Shown in pieces: positions 1 through 13,631 of a stretch of 64,000 nt of DNA. Every line of letters starts with the position of its first letter. Within the stretch, counting starts at the first letter, position 1. Source of the DNA: Tubulanus polymorphus (lineage: Eukaryota; Animalia; Nemertea); contig NC_134028.1 in the NCBI RefSeq assembly GCF_964204645.1, forward strand, positions 21,572,345 to 21,636,344, written 5' to 3'. The notes beneath the pieces were generated by a model. The model made no database searches. It saw only the letters and a program-made list of their open reading frames with translations, and was not told the DNA's origin. A program made the position numbers and the translations under genes.

Positions 1-3000
1 ATCTTGTCCTACGCCGTCATTACACGCACAGAAAAGACTGCGGTCTCTGGACACATTCAGAGGGTGAGTTCCACGGGCATTTAGCGTTGAGACCTAGTTC
101 TACAGTTGTGAGTAATAGTCAACTCTGAACTCAGGATCCAGATCCAGTTCCACAACTTTTTGAATTGTAATCAGTTAAAGTTCATTTGTTCCTATCATAT
201 ATTCCTCATTTCATCATCAACATTTCAGTGACCCTTACAGCACTAAGATCCATAGAAATTGAACTAACGTTTAATATTGGCAGTTCAAGTATTTAGTATA
301 CGGAATCATCACTTATATATTTCAGTATAAGCATCGTTATTATGATATTTGTGAACTATGGAGGTGGAGGATATTGGTATTTTAAACATTCGGCATGGAA
401 TGGACTGACTGTAGCCGATCTTGTTTTCCCTTGGTGAGTAACGTCTCTCATTGAAACCGTCGATCGTGCGTAGGCCGATCGTTTTCCTTCCTCGGCAGGG
501 ATTCAAACTATCGTAGTCACAGTGTGAGAAACCCTGCTCGAAGAACAAATTGTTAGGTGTCCAATCAGATTGCCAATTGTGATAATCGCTTGACAAATTC
601 ATGAATAGATATTGAGCAAGCGTAGTGGGCGAGTGGTTAGAGCGTTCGACTCTGGGAAGCCAGGTCGTGGGTTTTAACCCTGTATATTATCTTGTACATC
701 GGAATAACCGAGGCTAGATTTTCTTAGGTTTCACACGCAAAGCTACTACATGCTTCACTAATAGACTTGCCCTATTTTCTATTTAGGTTTATCTTTATAA
801 TGGGCACGTCAACTGCATTTTCGTTTAAAGGACAGCTGAGAAAAGCGATACCGAAATGGAAAATATTTCTACGAATCGTCAGAAGATCGGTAACTCTAAT
901 TTTACTGGGATTACTCGTGAACACTGGACCTAAATGTAGGTTGATCATCGTCATTTTAAGGCATGTTTATTACCCCCCCCCCTCGACTGAGATCCTGTAT
1001 TCATCTGATTTCAGCTCATGATATAAACACGATGCGGATACCCGGAGTATTACAGAGGTTTGGATTGGTTTATTTCTTCATTGCTTCCGTTCATTTGATA
1101 TTTGCCCGAGTTGAAGACAGGAATCAGGTACCGGTAAAATTAATCCAATTCTGTAACTACTATGCATCCGCTAACATACACACATTTAACACACTCCCTT
1201 CTGTATTTTCAGAACAAGATTTGGGCACCTATGAGAGATATATTTAATTTCTGGGCCGAATGGATTTTGTATCTGGGCGTTTTGATCGCACATATTTGCT
1301 TAACATTCCTATTACCAGTTCCGAATTGTCCGACGTAAGTCAAGTTCAACTTTATCATAATGTATATACAGTAGAACTGGCATAAGTCGGACACGTTGGG
1401 ACAACGGGAAAATGTCCGACTTAGAAAAAATACTATTATGAGTAATGAGTCTTTTTGAAAAGAACTGAAATTAGCCGACAGACTTAGTGATGGAAAAATG
1501 CATTGCTTTGAATCTTTTGGAACATATATTCTAGCCGACTTCCAGAATCTGACTCAGAGACAGATTTTGATTGGAAAATGAACTGAAAAAATCGGGACCT
1601 TGGAATTTCAGCCAACTTTGTCGATTTTCGGACTTAAAGCTGTCCGACTTACGCCAGTTCTACTGTAGTTGCAACTAACAGTGATTGTTAAGACTAATGC
1701 ACCGTTTCACTCCCAACTCGGCACTGGTTAACTGCTTAAGTCTGAATTTTACTCAAATTTTTTTGGAAACCCAACTCTGAATTGGTTATATCGTCGATGT
1801 GTTTTATGTTACAGTGGTTACATCGGTCCTGGTGGACTGAGTGAGAACTCATCATATTATAACTGTACAGGAGGTGCTGCTGGCTACATCGATAGAATAG
1901 TGTTCAGTGTCAATCACATATATCAACACCCGACCAGTATGGTATGTATGCATTCACGACAAAAATCAGCTAACAGATTTTTTCTTCGTTCATCAATAAG
2001 TCACGTTTGAAGTCAAACTATCGAGTTTTCGAAAGTCGTGACTTGTTTACAGTTTCATATTCTTCAGATGAAAAATCAGTTGCATGAAATAGAATTTGTA
2101 GTGGATATGTACAGTCAGTTTGATTTGGAAACCACTTTGATTTTCATGCTAGTAACCAATAAGGGTTCTTCTGAGAATATCCTAATCACAATATTAGCAG
2201 CCATTCCTCTCTCCAATGCGCTGGGTTACTTGCTTTTTGGGTGTTTGTTTATTGTGGCTGTCAATCTCGGAAACTTAAATGATATGAGGCTGTTAATACT
2301 GAGTGTTTAAAATGTTCATGATTTTTTGGTTGCAGAGAATTTATGAAGGCGATACACCATATGATCCGGAGGGATTACTGGGAGTCCTGACTTCGATATT
2401 TCTTTGCTTTCTAGGACTTCAGGTAAGCTATGAAATTAGAAGATTTCACATTTACAGTGTAATCAAAAGACTTATTTGACTTTTCTTCTCTATTTAGGCT
2501 GGGAAAATTATAATGTGCTTTCAGTCAGATAGACATCGATTAGTCAGATGGATTATTTGGGGCTTGATAACTGTAAGTACCATATTTGCTGATATTTCAA
2601 CTGTCAAGACAAGATATATAGATAGACTATAGATGGACTGACCTTAGCGTATTAGGTTTTCAACCAAGTTAAGTGTATCTTGGTATTACAAAGTGATATA
2701 TTTGGTTTTGTCTTTAATTGTGCTGTGGAACTGTAGCCATGCTTCCGGGCTGAGCCGTCTGAGACCTCGGGGCCATGACCCCGGGCTGAGCAGGCTAGGA
2801 CCTTGGGACCATGCCGCCAAGACCTCAGGGCCATGATGCCGTGCTAAGCTGGCTGGGACCTCGGAGCTGAGGTTGTAAGATTTTTGTTCGGCTGTGTAAC
2901 TAACGGATATATTGTTTCAGGGATTTATTGCCGCTGTTTTATGTCGAGCAGCTCAAGAAGGAGGATGGATTCCTGTTAATAAAAACCTGTGGTGAGATAT

Positions 3001-4427
3001 CATTATTATTATTATAAGTTCAATATTCCGGAGCCTGGTTTTATAGACTGGTATTGCCTAAACCCAGGGGGTTAACGCACAATTGACTATGAACTGATTC
3101 AAACCCCAGGTATAAAGTCTATAAACCCAGCCGGTGTGTTTTGCTAGTTGATTCGATTATGTGGAACTATGAGAGATGAGTAATTTGTATTTCTATTCTG
3201 TCAGGTCTGTATCATATATTATGTGTATGGCTTGTTTTGCGTTTATATTGCTGGCGATATGTTACGTGTTGATAGACGTTTTTCAATTGTGGTCCGGTGC
3301 TCCATTCTACTACGCAGGTATGTTTAGGTTTATTTAAGGTTTATTAAAAGGGGAGTAAACGTTTCAGAGATGAAAACTAAAAACCGTAATATTAAGAGCC
3401 TAGTCTATTATTGTACATTCTAAATGCTGAAAAAGTGGCAAATTTGTTTCCGCTCCCCATAGCTGTGCATGTACAGTTTTGTGGGTCTAATTTGATGATG
3501 CTGGATCCAGGAAGAAAGACACTGGATATATGAAAGCTGTGGGTACTGGAGTGTGTAATGGGTAGTGTAGTGTGATCTGTGTGCATTTGTGGCCAGCACA
3601 CAGATCACATTGTTCAATGGGGTTTGGTCCAGGACTCGCGAGATTTTCAACAACATGGAAGTAACGTGTAATAAATGATGACTTGAATTGCATGACTACC
3701 TACCACCCCTCATTATTGTTGGAAAACTAAACGTTCGGCACTGACTAAAAATTAGTAATAATATTTTAGAAATGGCCAGAATTTTAACTTAGGTTCTATC
3801 TCATTTTATTTTACAATTGCGATTGGTATCATTTTTTTTTAAATGGCCGTTAAGGCTTCATGTTTCGTCTGCAATACACTGCAAATAGTTACGCAACTAC
3901 GGACATTTCAGTGTTTTTGGCAGCTGTACACTCAATCGGCACCGTTCGTGACTAGCTTCACTGCGGAATTATCATTAATTAACATCGCCATATCACATCA
4001 TCAACTTATATTGTGCCTTAAAACCCTAACAGCCGAAATAATTGAAATGCACACACGATTTCTATCATTGAAAATTGAGAGAATGGCCATGTTTGTGTTT
4101 GCTGCTTCGCGTAAATCCCGCACAGTGGCGCACCCGCGCGGAGTGGGGCCGATACGTCCAGTTCCCACAATTGTGTGGGTTTAATTTGACTCTGAACCTT
4201 TTGTTTTCTTTCAATATCATTGAGGTTGAATATCTACTCTCTATATTTCAGGTATGAATGCTATTTTGCTGTATTTAGGCCACGAGGTGCTGAATGATCA
4301 TTTTCCGATATCATTCCATGTTGCTGATAATCACGGAGCTCAACTCGCGATGGACCTTTGGGGCACGTGTTTCTGGGTTCTCACTTCTTGTTATTTGTAT
4401 CATAAGAAAATGTTTTATTCCATATAG
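1..4427 (+). CDS. HGSNAT: Heparan-alpha-glucosaminide N-acetyltransferase, 3' part (5' exons lie before the window)
   Basis: GT-AG exons: <1-63, 326-433, 787-935, 1015-1127, 1213-1334, 1815-1941, 2336-2422, 2498-2572, 2921-2991, 3205-3317, 4252-4427 (TAG). The spliced translation has the hallmark motifs [89 protein letters not shown] and [12 protein letters not shown]. Confidence 0.96.
613..688 (+). mobile_element. Truncated head of the same SINE family
   Basis: gttagagcgttcgactctgggaagccaggtcgtg is nearly identical to 33557-33590. Confidence 0.8.
1369..1665. mobile_element. pogo/Tigger-type (Tc1/mariner) MITE
   Basis: TA|CAGTAGAACTGGCATAAGTCGGACA ... TGTCCGACTTACGCCAGTTCTACTG|TA. Confidence 0.88.
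2735..2870. repeat. GC-rich degenerate minisatellite (about 35 bp units)
   Basis: Repeated gacctcggggccatg..ccgggctgagc. Confidence 0.65.
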
Positions 4428-4906
4428 AAAAACTGTTTATTAAATGATATATGATTCATACAATACAAAATTACTTGCGATGTAACCAACTTCAAACTGT
4501 GAATGAATATCCTGCATCGTATGTAAAGTAGACTCCTCCTAACTTGAATTGATTGGCACGGTCAGTGAGTTGAGCTAGGCGATAATCTAAGTTGGAATTC
4601 AATTCACATTCTATTTTTCGATAGTTCTAAAATTTGAGTTCGTGTTTAATGATGAATCGACGTGAAAGTATTCAAGCTGGAGTTAGGGGAGGAGTCAACA
4701 CTGCCTAATTATACTGGTTAACTTCACTATTTGTGATTTTCTTGCGCGAAATACCATCCATTTATCATATTAAACATTGAAGGGGTGAATTAATCGCATT
4801 CTGTATCACAAAATACTACTGTAATGCGTTGTATACTATTGTGTTGTATGATCAATTTCTCTTTTTTGTACTGTATGCTGGTGCTTTGTAAAATGTGCAA
4901 TATCCA

Positions 4907-4912
4907 AATAAA
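4907..4912 (+). promoter_or_regulatory. Candidate polyadenylation signal of HGSNAT
   Basis: AATAAA about 480 nt after the stop codon, followed by T-rich sequence. Confidence 0.5.
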
Positions 4913-6879
4913 TACTGGTAAATCAAGTTTTCTTGGATATTTCCAGTTTTTTTAATGGTTTATGGGAGCTTTTGCCAATTATTTCTAAGCAGAACTCGGA
5001 TCCTTATTTTCTGGCTGCATACTCCCCGAGATGCTGTATTTAACGGTTATCTAGGTGGTCTGAGGTTTTAACTGATTTCCAGTAGTTTGGTTGTAACATC
5101 CTAATTGCTGGCTGGACCTTTCATACCTGGGTCAGACATCCACATACCTATGTGGCAAAGCCCTTTCCTGAGTCAGGCTTCTAAATATCTGAGCCTGCTC
5201 TGTCCTGGGACTAATGGAAATTCCTATTCACTTCGACCACATTCATCTTTTCCATTTCGACTTGCATGAAAAAAACTCCGAAGAATATATAATCAATATT
5301 TATTTCACATGATATGAAAAACCTTTGAGAATTGATAACAAAATGGACGGTTTAATTACAAGCAGTCATTAACAAATATACCGGAACAACAAGAAACAGA
5401 AAACGTATATGTAGTTAGTAATACGACGCATCTAATTACTTTATGGCGGTTTTTAATTCATAGAAACTCCACAAAAACTGACTTTATTTTCATGAAAAAG
5501 CTACAAATGGCAACTGTACACAGCACACAGGAATACGGCAGGCTCGAGGACAAAAAGCTCATTTTTCAAGAGATTATGCTCAAAATAGGCAAGGTGGGCT
5601 GAACAGAAAAATTGCTTACAATGCGACTCTTAGAGCATGAATGCGTTATGCAGCCTTATCTATCTCGTTAGATTACCGGTACTTCATAGAAAACATTCAT
5701 AATGTATGCTTATTTTCAGCCCCCTCTATTCCCATGTACGCAATTAAAAATATACAGGGTCCTATACATACACATGATGCGTACATTAGCCACAATCATC
5801 AGAGCAGTTTTGACCCAGGCCGAATTTGGTCAGTGCCAGATTAGGTGCCAGCCAACCATTCACACTGGTGCCTGCTAACTGGTTCAGGGGTCAGTTGTTC
5901 AAAAGTGGATGAAAGATAACATTTAAAGACAAATTTTGAGCAACTGGCCACTGGAAGTGATGCACCTCACTTGCCACAGCATCATTTTGATACAATTTAG
6001 TAATGAGAGTGATCTACATATGAACATGCTCTAATTAATTAGGCACTGACAAAATTTGACTCAGATAGCGACTATTATCAACAAATTCAGCTGAGATGTT
6101 TGATATGAACACCAGTTATGGGGATTCCCCGGTCCATGTTTGATATCAACAATACCGGTATATAATAGTTTACATAGTCAAACGATCAGTGGACGGTTCA
6201 GATATGAATATAAATAATATAAGTATCACAGAAAAACATTCAGGCTATAAATAAACATTGGCTGTAGTTTGATTAAACTCTTGTAAATACATGTTGTATA
6301 TGTTGGCAACAGAGTAACGATATTCGATTTAATACAAAACATGAAAATAATATTTTTCATAGATTCCGAAGTTCTTCACAAAAAAGATTAGCAGTGGTAT
6401 ATATGATATGTATATCCGGCAAATCTCAGACTTGAGGCAATGAAACACGATATTGCGGTTGGCCTTACGACGCGATTCTCTGCGACTGCAAGTATGTGAC
6501 GATGATCACTTCGCAGACCCGTCGACCTACGTGCCTGTTTATAACCGATCACAATTCGACCTGCCTTTAAAAGCGTCAGGTAACAGAGAATTTCAGCAAT
6601 CAGTATTCGAAGTATTTCTCATAGTCAAACAGTCTGCATCATAGCGAGTGTGTTTGCCGGTCACACGCTGGAATACGGCTGTAATGACACGGGTTAACAT
6701 CACTCGGAAGACTCAAATCAAAATCATCATTGGCAAGTTTTCACTATACGGTTTGTTGGGCCCGATGTTTATTCTCCTTATGAATCGATCATCCACGGTT
6801 CTATAGCGGAAAATACGGAGTCAAAATATTCAGCAGACAAGTTCAGCGTTCATCAATCGGAAACCAGATAGAAAACCCT

Positions 6880-9800
6880 CTACAATCTCGTATCCATGCT
6901 GGGCATACTAGCGACACCTGGTGTCGTCGACTGCTGGCGATCCAAATTCATCACGCGAATATACTGACCCAGGATACGTGAAATATCCACTCCCTGCAAC
7001 AATAACAATCGGAGTTAACCATCAGACTCTGCTTGCCTCAGCTTGCAGGACTGGCAAGTGAATTCCAGGACAGTCGAAGTAACCATGAATTCTACTGCAC
7101 ATATATTTCAATTTATCAATTCTAAATAGCTATGCATTCGCAATGAGTTTTCTTCAGAACTGATATATTACACCTAATTCTAGGCTAATTTACCTGATTA
7201 GTTTCGATGCGGATAATCTTCTGCATCATCAAGCTGCCGACCTTGAGATCGAGGTGACAGGCGTGGGGTCCGTCTGCTCGGTAACGACGAGTTGAGATCA
7301 CTTCATTCAAACTCCACGATGCATAGGTTACCTGTCCGGAGATAAACGCAAGATTTGAAATCAATCACAACAATCTCCTGCTACTCCTTTTCATCTAAAG
7401 TGAAACTTTTCGTAGGAAATCTTGGACAATACGAGATTATGACTCTCTTATGTAAAGTAAAACAAAAGGCTGAAAACAACCAATTTTTACTGCCAAAAGT
7501 ATATTGTATTACCCACTTGGACTGAAACTTATTAAACCATTTTGCAAAAGGAATTTGCGAAGAACATGTTATGTCATTCACTTTTTATACAGTAGAATCC
7601 TCTTAACTCAAATGTTTTGAAGTCAAACTATCTATGATTTGAGCACAAATCCCAAGAGAACCATTTCACAACAGAACGCGAAATTAAATTCCATTGCATA
7701 TAATTCAAATCGTTGTCTAAACTCAAACACAAATCACTGATCTAAATTAATTTGAGTTTCGAGGAGTACTATATACAAGTAGTAGTGATCGAATTTTTTC
7801 TTTTCATCTATATGAACAAGGAGTCAGTGTTTATTGTACTTACGTGATCAATGCTATTGAGGAAGTGAATGCCGTGTTTATTGATAGCAAGTAAACATTC
7901 ATCAGGAACTCGAGGATCAGCAACGCTCTGAAATAACAAGTTACAATCATTATTGCAGCGAAGTCAGCATTTTACCAAGCGCGTTAATGCCTGAACCTGG
8001 ATCCAGTTCTCAATGTTAGCACCTGAGCTTGGATCCAGTTCCACAGGCAAATGCCCAAGCCTGGATCCAGATCCACAAACGCCTTATCAATGTGTTAACT
8101 CTGGAGTTAAATCTTTCTAATCAAATGGTGGCACGTAAACATAGAAAATTTTTGAAAATGAACAAAGCAATACAAATGAAATAACATTCACGGAAGACAG
8201 ACATTTCTGATAAGGTGTCCATGTTGCTAATTCAGATATCTCAGAGGGCCGACCTTCTCATTTTTCATATGATTCAGCTTATGAAAATTGCACAAAGAGG
8301 TCAGCTCTTTAGCTTTTACTCATTCTATATTCAATGTGTTTTAGCAAATGAAACTTACCATGATCTTGAAGAATTTTGACCCAAACAGTTTCCATTTGGA
8401 CAGCATTTCTACAAAGAATATGAGTCAATGTTATGAAAGTTTCGTGGAAAATGTACAGAACAATTCAACATGAGCCACTGAGCATATTCAAACACATTCC
8501 ATGAAAATCAAGGCGGATTTAGATGTAGATGGAGTAGCGCTAAAAGAGTTGGTTTCGATTGAACTGTCAGATCATAACAATTATGGTCAACTTGTCATTA
8601 TTGACTTGTCATTCCTGAATGTATCAAATTTATTTCATTTGTCACTATGTCAATTTTCTACAGGTTTATAGAATATTACTATAGTATGCAGAAACAACGT
8701 TTTTAGGAAGGAGATATGTGCCTGTGATAGAGCAGCAGTCTTAAGATCAGCTGCATTCACATCCGTGATGGCATTAATGTTTTAAACTACAGCCTGTATA
8801 TATGGATTACGTTTAACCCTTTCAGTGCATCTACACCGCAGTGCGGTTTATAAATCAAAGATTGATTTTGCTAGTACACCGCACCGCGGTGTATTGATGT
8901 AATTAGTAATAAGTAATTATCTCTCTTGAAAAATGGCAGCACCTGTCAAACATAGTGAAATATTAGTAACTAACGACACACCGCACCGCAGTGTAGACGC
9001 ACTATAGTGGTATTCCCCTTGTTCAACACACTAGGGCGGAATTTTTTAGAATTTTCAAATTATTTCCAGCACTATAGGGTATTAATTAGTCAGCACTGAA
9101 AGGGTTAAATAGATTACTATTATCAGTACACTTACCGAGGAATACAGTTTTACAGTGAATTGGTGTAGATCCGGATAATTCCGTTATTTTACCGTGTACA
9201 AGGTTCACCCACGATTGCACGGGTAAATCAGACAGTTTCTCAATTCCTTTCGGTAATAATTCCATCACTTCCCGGCTACAAGTAATAATAGAATTTAGTC
9301 AACTGATTCATTTTAGCCTACTGTACCAGATTTTCTGTTTAATCAACGTAGTTTGAGATTTTCTACTCACAGTGAAGGAAGCGGTATACGATCTATTGCT
9401 TTATATTGCAGAGCAGCTAGCTTCGAAATCTCTACCTGTAAAACAAGAGAATGAGATGAAAATGACACAAAAAAGACTCGTAATTCAAAGTCATTTATTG
9501 CAAAAGGAACCATGAAATTTTCTAGGTATTGATTGTCAAGTGTTAAGTAGAATGATCTATTTTGGACCCTTCAACAATACTGACCATTTGCTGGTTAGAT
9601 AACTGTTGCTGTTCCATGACCAACAAATTACCACTCAGATATGTAGACAGGCTCTGAAAATATAAATCACTAAGATTGTAGACAACATCTTATCAATCCT
9701 CTAATTCACATGAAGAATTAGTTGCTGTAGTTGCGTGTGGAACGACATTTCTAGTATTATCTGCACATAAACAGTTTCAACAACCTAAACTTTTCGGGGT

Positions 9801-12800
9801 ATTTTTAGAGAATTTTTAGAGAATAGACATCTGTTCAGTTAACAGAAAGGGCCAGTTTCAAGACTGGAGGTTACAGACTATAGGGATGGGTTATTCAGGA
9901 TGGACAGACATACAGCAGAGCCAGACAATAACTATGGTCACCCTGGGGCTGGTTCCTCAGTTGAGACGTAAGTCCAAAAATGTTCTTAAATTTTAAGACT
10001 GGTCTTAAGTTGTTAGATTGGTTATAGTACCACGATGGTCTTAAATTGGTCTTAAGTCTAAGCCATAACTATGGAACTGGGCCCTGAAGTGCTACAATGG
10101 GTGACCAATGAATATTCTATCCTGGGACATAAGACATCAGTTTCAGGGATACATATCCATTTTCAATGTTCAAGATGGTATAAATGATTATAGTAAAATC
10201 AGAGACATCGTAAAGAGTTTGGCAGGTAGCTCTCTCTCTACTAGCGTTTAATAATAACAATAATTTATATCATTGATGTGATATTAATGTAAGTTTATGA
10301 GACGTTACCTGATTGTACATGACGTCGATGTAACGATCGCTGTAGTCGTATCGTATGTCATAATACCACGTCGTACGTTGGAATAGCAGATGATATTCAC
10401 GATTCTGATGAGCGAGTTCAGTCGTTATATCGAATATATACTCATCGACGTTCATCGGAGCGTGGAAATGTTCTGGAAGATTTAAGAAGAATGAAACAAT
10501 GCTTGTAATGGTCTGTAAAAAGGTCGGGTTCCAGGCTGTAGATTGATAATGGCTACTGATGATAATGACGAAATTTTACTTGTCAAATATAAATGAACAG
10601 TAAGAGTAATTACATAGATTGCATGATCGCATTGCCCCAAGAGAAGCAAGTACAGTGAAAGCTCATAATCATTGCAAACAAACTAATTCTTTTGCCATTT
10701 ACACTTTGACTTGTAGACATGGGGCCAGTTGCTCAAAAGTTGCTTGAAGATAACCGGCGGATAAATACCATAGTAACGATGAACTTTTGATTGTCACTAT
10801 TTCAATTATCCACTGGTGAATTCAAACCAACTTCTGAGAAAGTGACCCCTGAAGGGCCAGATTCATTTCAATCAGAAAGAGCTGACTTAATTATCAAAAT
10901 AGATCTTGGTGTCTATTACTGGCAAATAACTGGTTATGTTAACTCGATCCAACTATAGACTAAGCCTGATGTATTTATTCTTTTACCTTTCTCAACGACA
11001 TAGTAAATTGTGTATTCATTTTGTTCGAGAGCATTTGTCATGTTCAACGTCGTGCAAATATCATCTATAACATCTTCAGCCACCTGTGAATAGATTAACA
11101 AATACATTTAGAAACAAATTTACAAAAACAGATGCAAGAGAATTAGTCTCTTCTTGACTGTACGTTCGATCGAAACCTGCCTAGGTCTGATGGTCCTTGC
11201 ACCGCACCCTCCCCACTGAACTGTGCTGAACTTACCGTGACCGAACGAACATTCAACATCATCGGATATCCTCCTGGCAACAAGAACATCTGTCTCTTCG
11301 TCAGACGACCGCGCTAAAAACAATTATCGGAATACAGTTCATTTTCAACTTTCAGTCAAACTAAATGTAGAAAAATATCTACATTATGATATGATCAAGT
11401 AGTTTCAACTGGTTTGTTAGTTGTTCCATGTATCCGAAATTGTGGAGATCACAAAATCAGCTCCCTAAGGAGACAATATAAGATACGGTCTTCCTTCTTG
11501 TGTTTGACAAGAGAGACCGGAATTCTTATCCGGGCTTTCAAAAGACTTTATGGAATTAGGATTAGTGAAATAACTTACTGTCAGAGCATCGATCTCAGTT
11601 CGACTGGGAACATTTTTACGACCACCGGATTTCAGAGTTTTGCGGAAGTTTGCCAAAGCAATCGCCGACAATCCTGGATAAAGAGTACAGTATTCGTTTT
11701 CCACTCACATACGCCACTATGGTATGATATCCAAGAGAAAATTATATAGATTTCGTGTTACGTTACCGTGATATTCTCGTTTCGAATCGTGGGACGCCGT
11801 CTGTAGAAACTGTATTAAATACGGTCTCAGAATTTCACTACAATCGAAGTACGCCGTCAGAACTCCGAATAATCTCCAACCTTTCATTCCAGACTCACTG
11901 CAAATAGCACAATATCATACAATAAACATAAACTGCAAAGCATGGACAACGAGTTTTTAGCAGCCCTGACCATTTTCATTTGGCCCTGAATTTTGTTCTT
12001 ATAAAATGATTTGAAATCTGTGTTCTTTCAAGACATTCTAATAAAAACGAGAATCAAAGTGGTATTAAACCTTTCAGTGTATACACCACGGTGCGGTGTA
12101 TAAATCGGTGATGGATTTTGCTAGAACGCTGCACCACGGTGTATTGATGTAATTAGTTATTAGTTTTTATCTCGAATGAAAGATGGCAGCACCTTTCAAA
12201 CAGAGTGAGATATTGATAACTAATACACCAGTGTAGACGCACTATAGCGGTACGGTATTCATGTTATTCAACACAATGCGTTGGAATTTTTCAAAAATTA
12301 TCCTGAGCACTTTAGGGGGATGTCAGCACTGAAAGGATTAAATAATGAAATCTTACGCTTTCTTGCTTCTGTTGTTGGTCGATTGTTTACAAAGTTGACA
12401 GTAGACTTCATCTCGTAAATCGGGAGTATTGTGACATGCCTGAAATCAATCAATTGAAAAACATACAGGCACATGTGTAAAAGTTGATTTGATTAGCAAA
12501 CTCAATATAAAATTGTTTCGAAAGATAACAATAACCACCAGATAGACAACATCATGTTAGTGGTCACATCCATGATGTTGACAATACGTCATGTGCAGAG
12601 GGTTTTAATAGGTTCTCTCAACATTTTCGACCTGACCTTTTAAAAATTTTCTCCCCAATAGAACCTATTCCTCTGTGTACCCTACACCTGCAGGAACTGT
12701 CACAAATCAATGTGCATAATCTGAATCAGAATTTCCACTTACCATTAAAACGATGTAGACACAATCGAGATCAGTTTGATTCTTCGCCAATGGATAATCG

Positions 12801-13631
12801 CCCATATATTTCATAATGGCTGCAAAAAATGAACATGCAATTAGAAAATGCCTTATTATCACATTCATCTGTGACTGGTCAAACAAGCAGTCTCTCGACA
12901 AACCTATGAAACACTCAAGTGCTAGTTTATTCGCTGTCGAAGAATGCCACTTTAATAACGATGCTTGAATCGGTGATTTCGTCCATTTGATCATTTCAGC
13001 TATCTCCTTCCAACTCCAATTACCCTTCGCTAAAAAATGCAACGAATTATCATGTCATTACTTATTGTTTATTCTCTACTTGAAATATTCATCGTGATAA
13101 GCAAGCAAGAAATCTTTTATGTGAATAAATGAACAGACAATGAGAATGAATTATCTTACAATGATCCCGCCACAATCTTAACATTTATCATTCAAACGGT
13201 TTCGAGTTTCTACACTGAGAATACATCAGTTTATCTGTTATAGACAATAATTGGTTCTCCCCAGTCGATGGAGCACGTGTTGGTAGCTACACAAATTACA
13301 CGTCTATATAAACCCGAGGACTGCTTATACATAAAACTTGTATGGCAATATCTACATTATTCCCCGTAATTTTCAATGGAGAATATAAATTCGAACCTTT
13401 CTTGCTGCCTTTTTTGCTGCGATTCCGTAAACTCGCCGATTTGATCGTCTCCAACAGTTTAAACGTTCCACGAATTGAGCCGTCTGATTTTCGTAGCATC
13501 TCGTATTTGTTTGGCGATTCACGGAAATACTGCAAGGCGAACTCCATCATTGTGTATTTGGCGTCTAAGAGGTTCGTCGTAGCACTTCCGGCGCTGTGCA
13601 TACTACCGTTCACGCTACCATTTACACTATG
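6880..13631 (-). CDS. MYO15: Myosin XV second MyTH4 and FERM domain exons and C-terminus
   Basis: [120 protein letters not shown]; ends MDTRL*. Confidence 0.93.

Noticed and set aside
3675-3744. Possible intronic C/D snoRNA (ATGATGA...CTGA) in the last HGSNAT intron
   Set aside because: No terminal stem and no rRNA-complementary guide that I could recognise.
3843-4184. 113-aa ORF in the last HGSNAT intron
   Set aside because: No recognisable domain or splice signals; probably a decayed repeat fragment.
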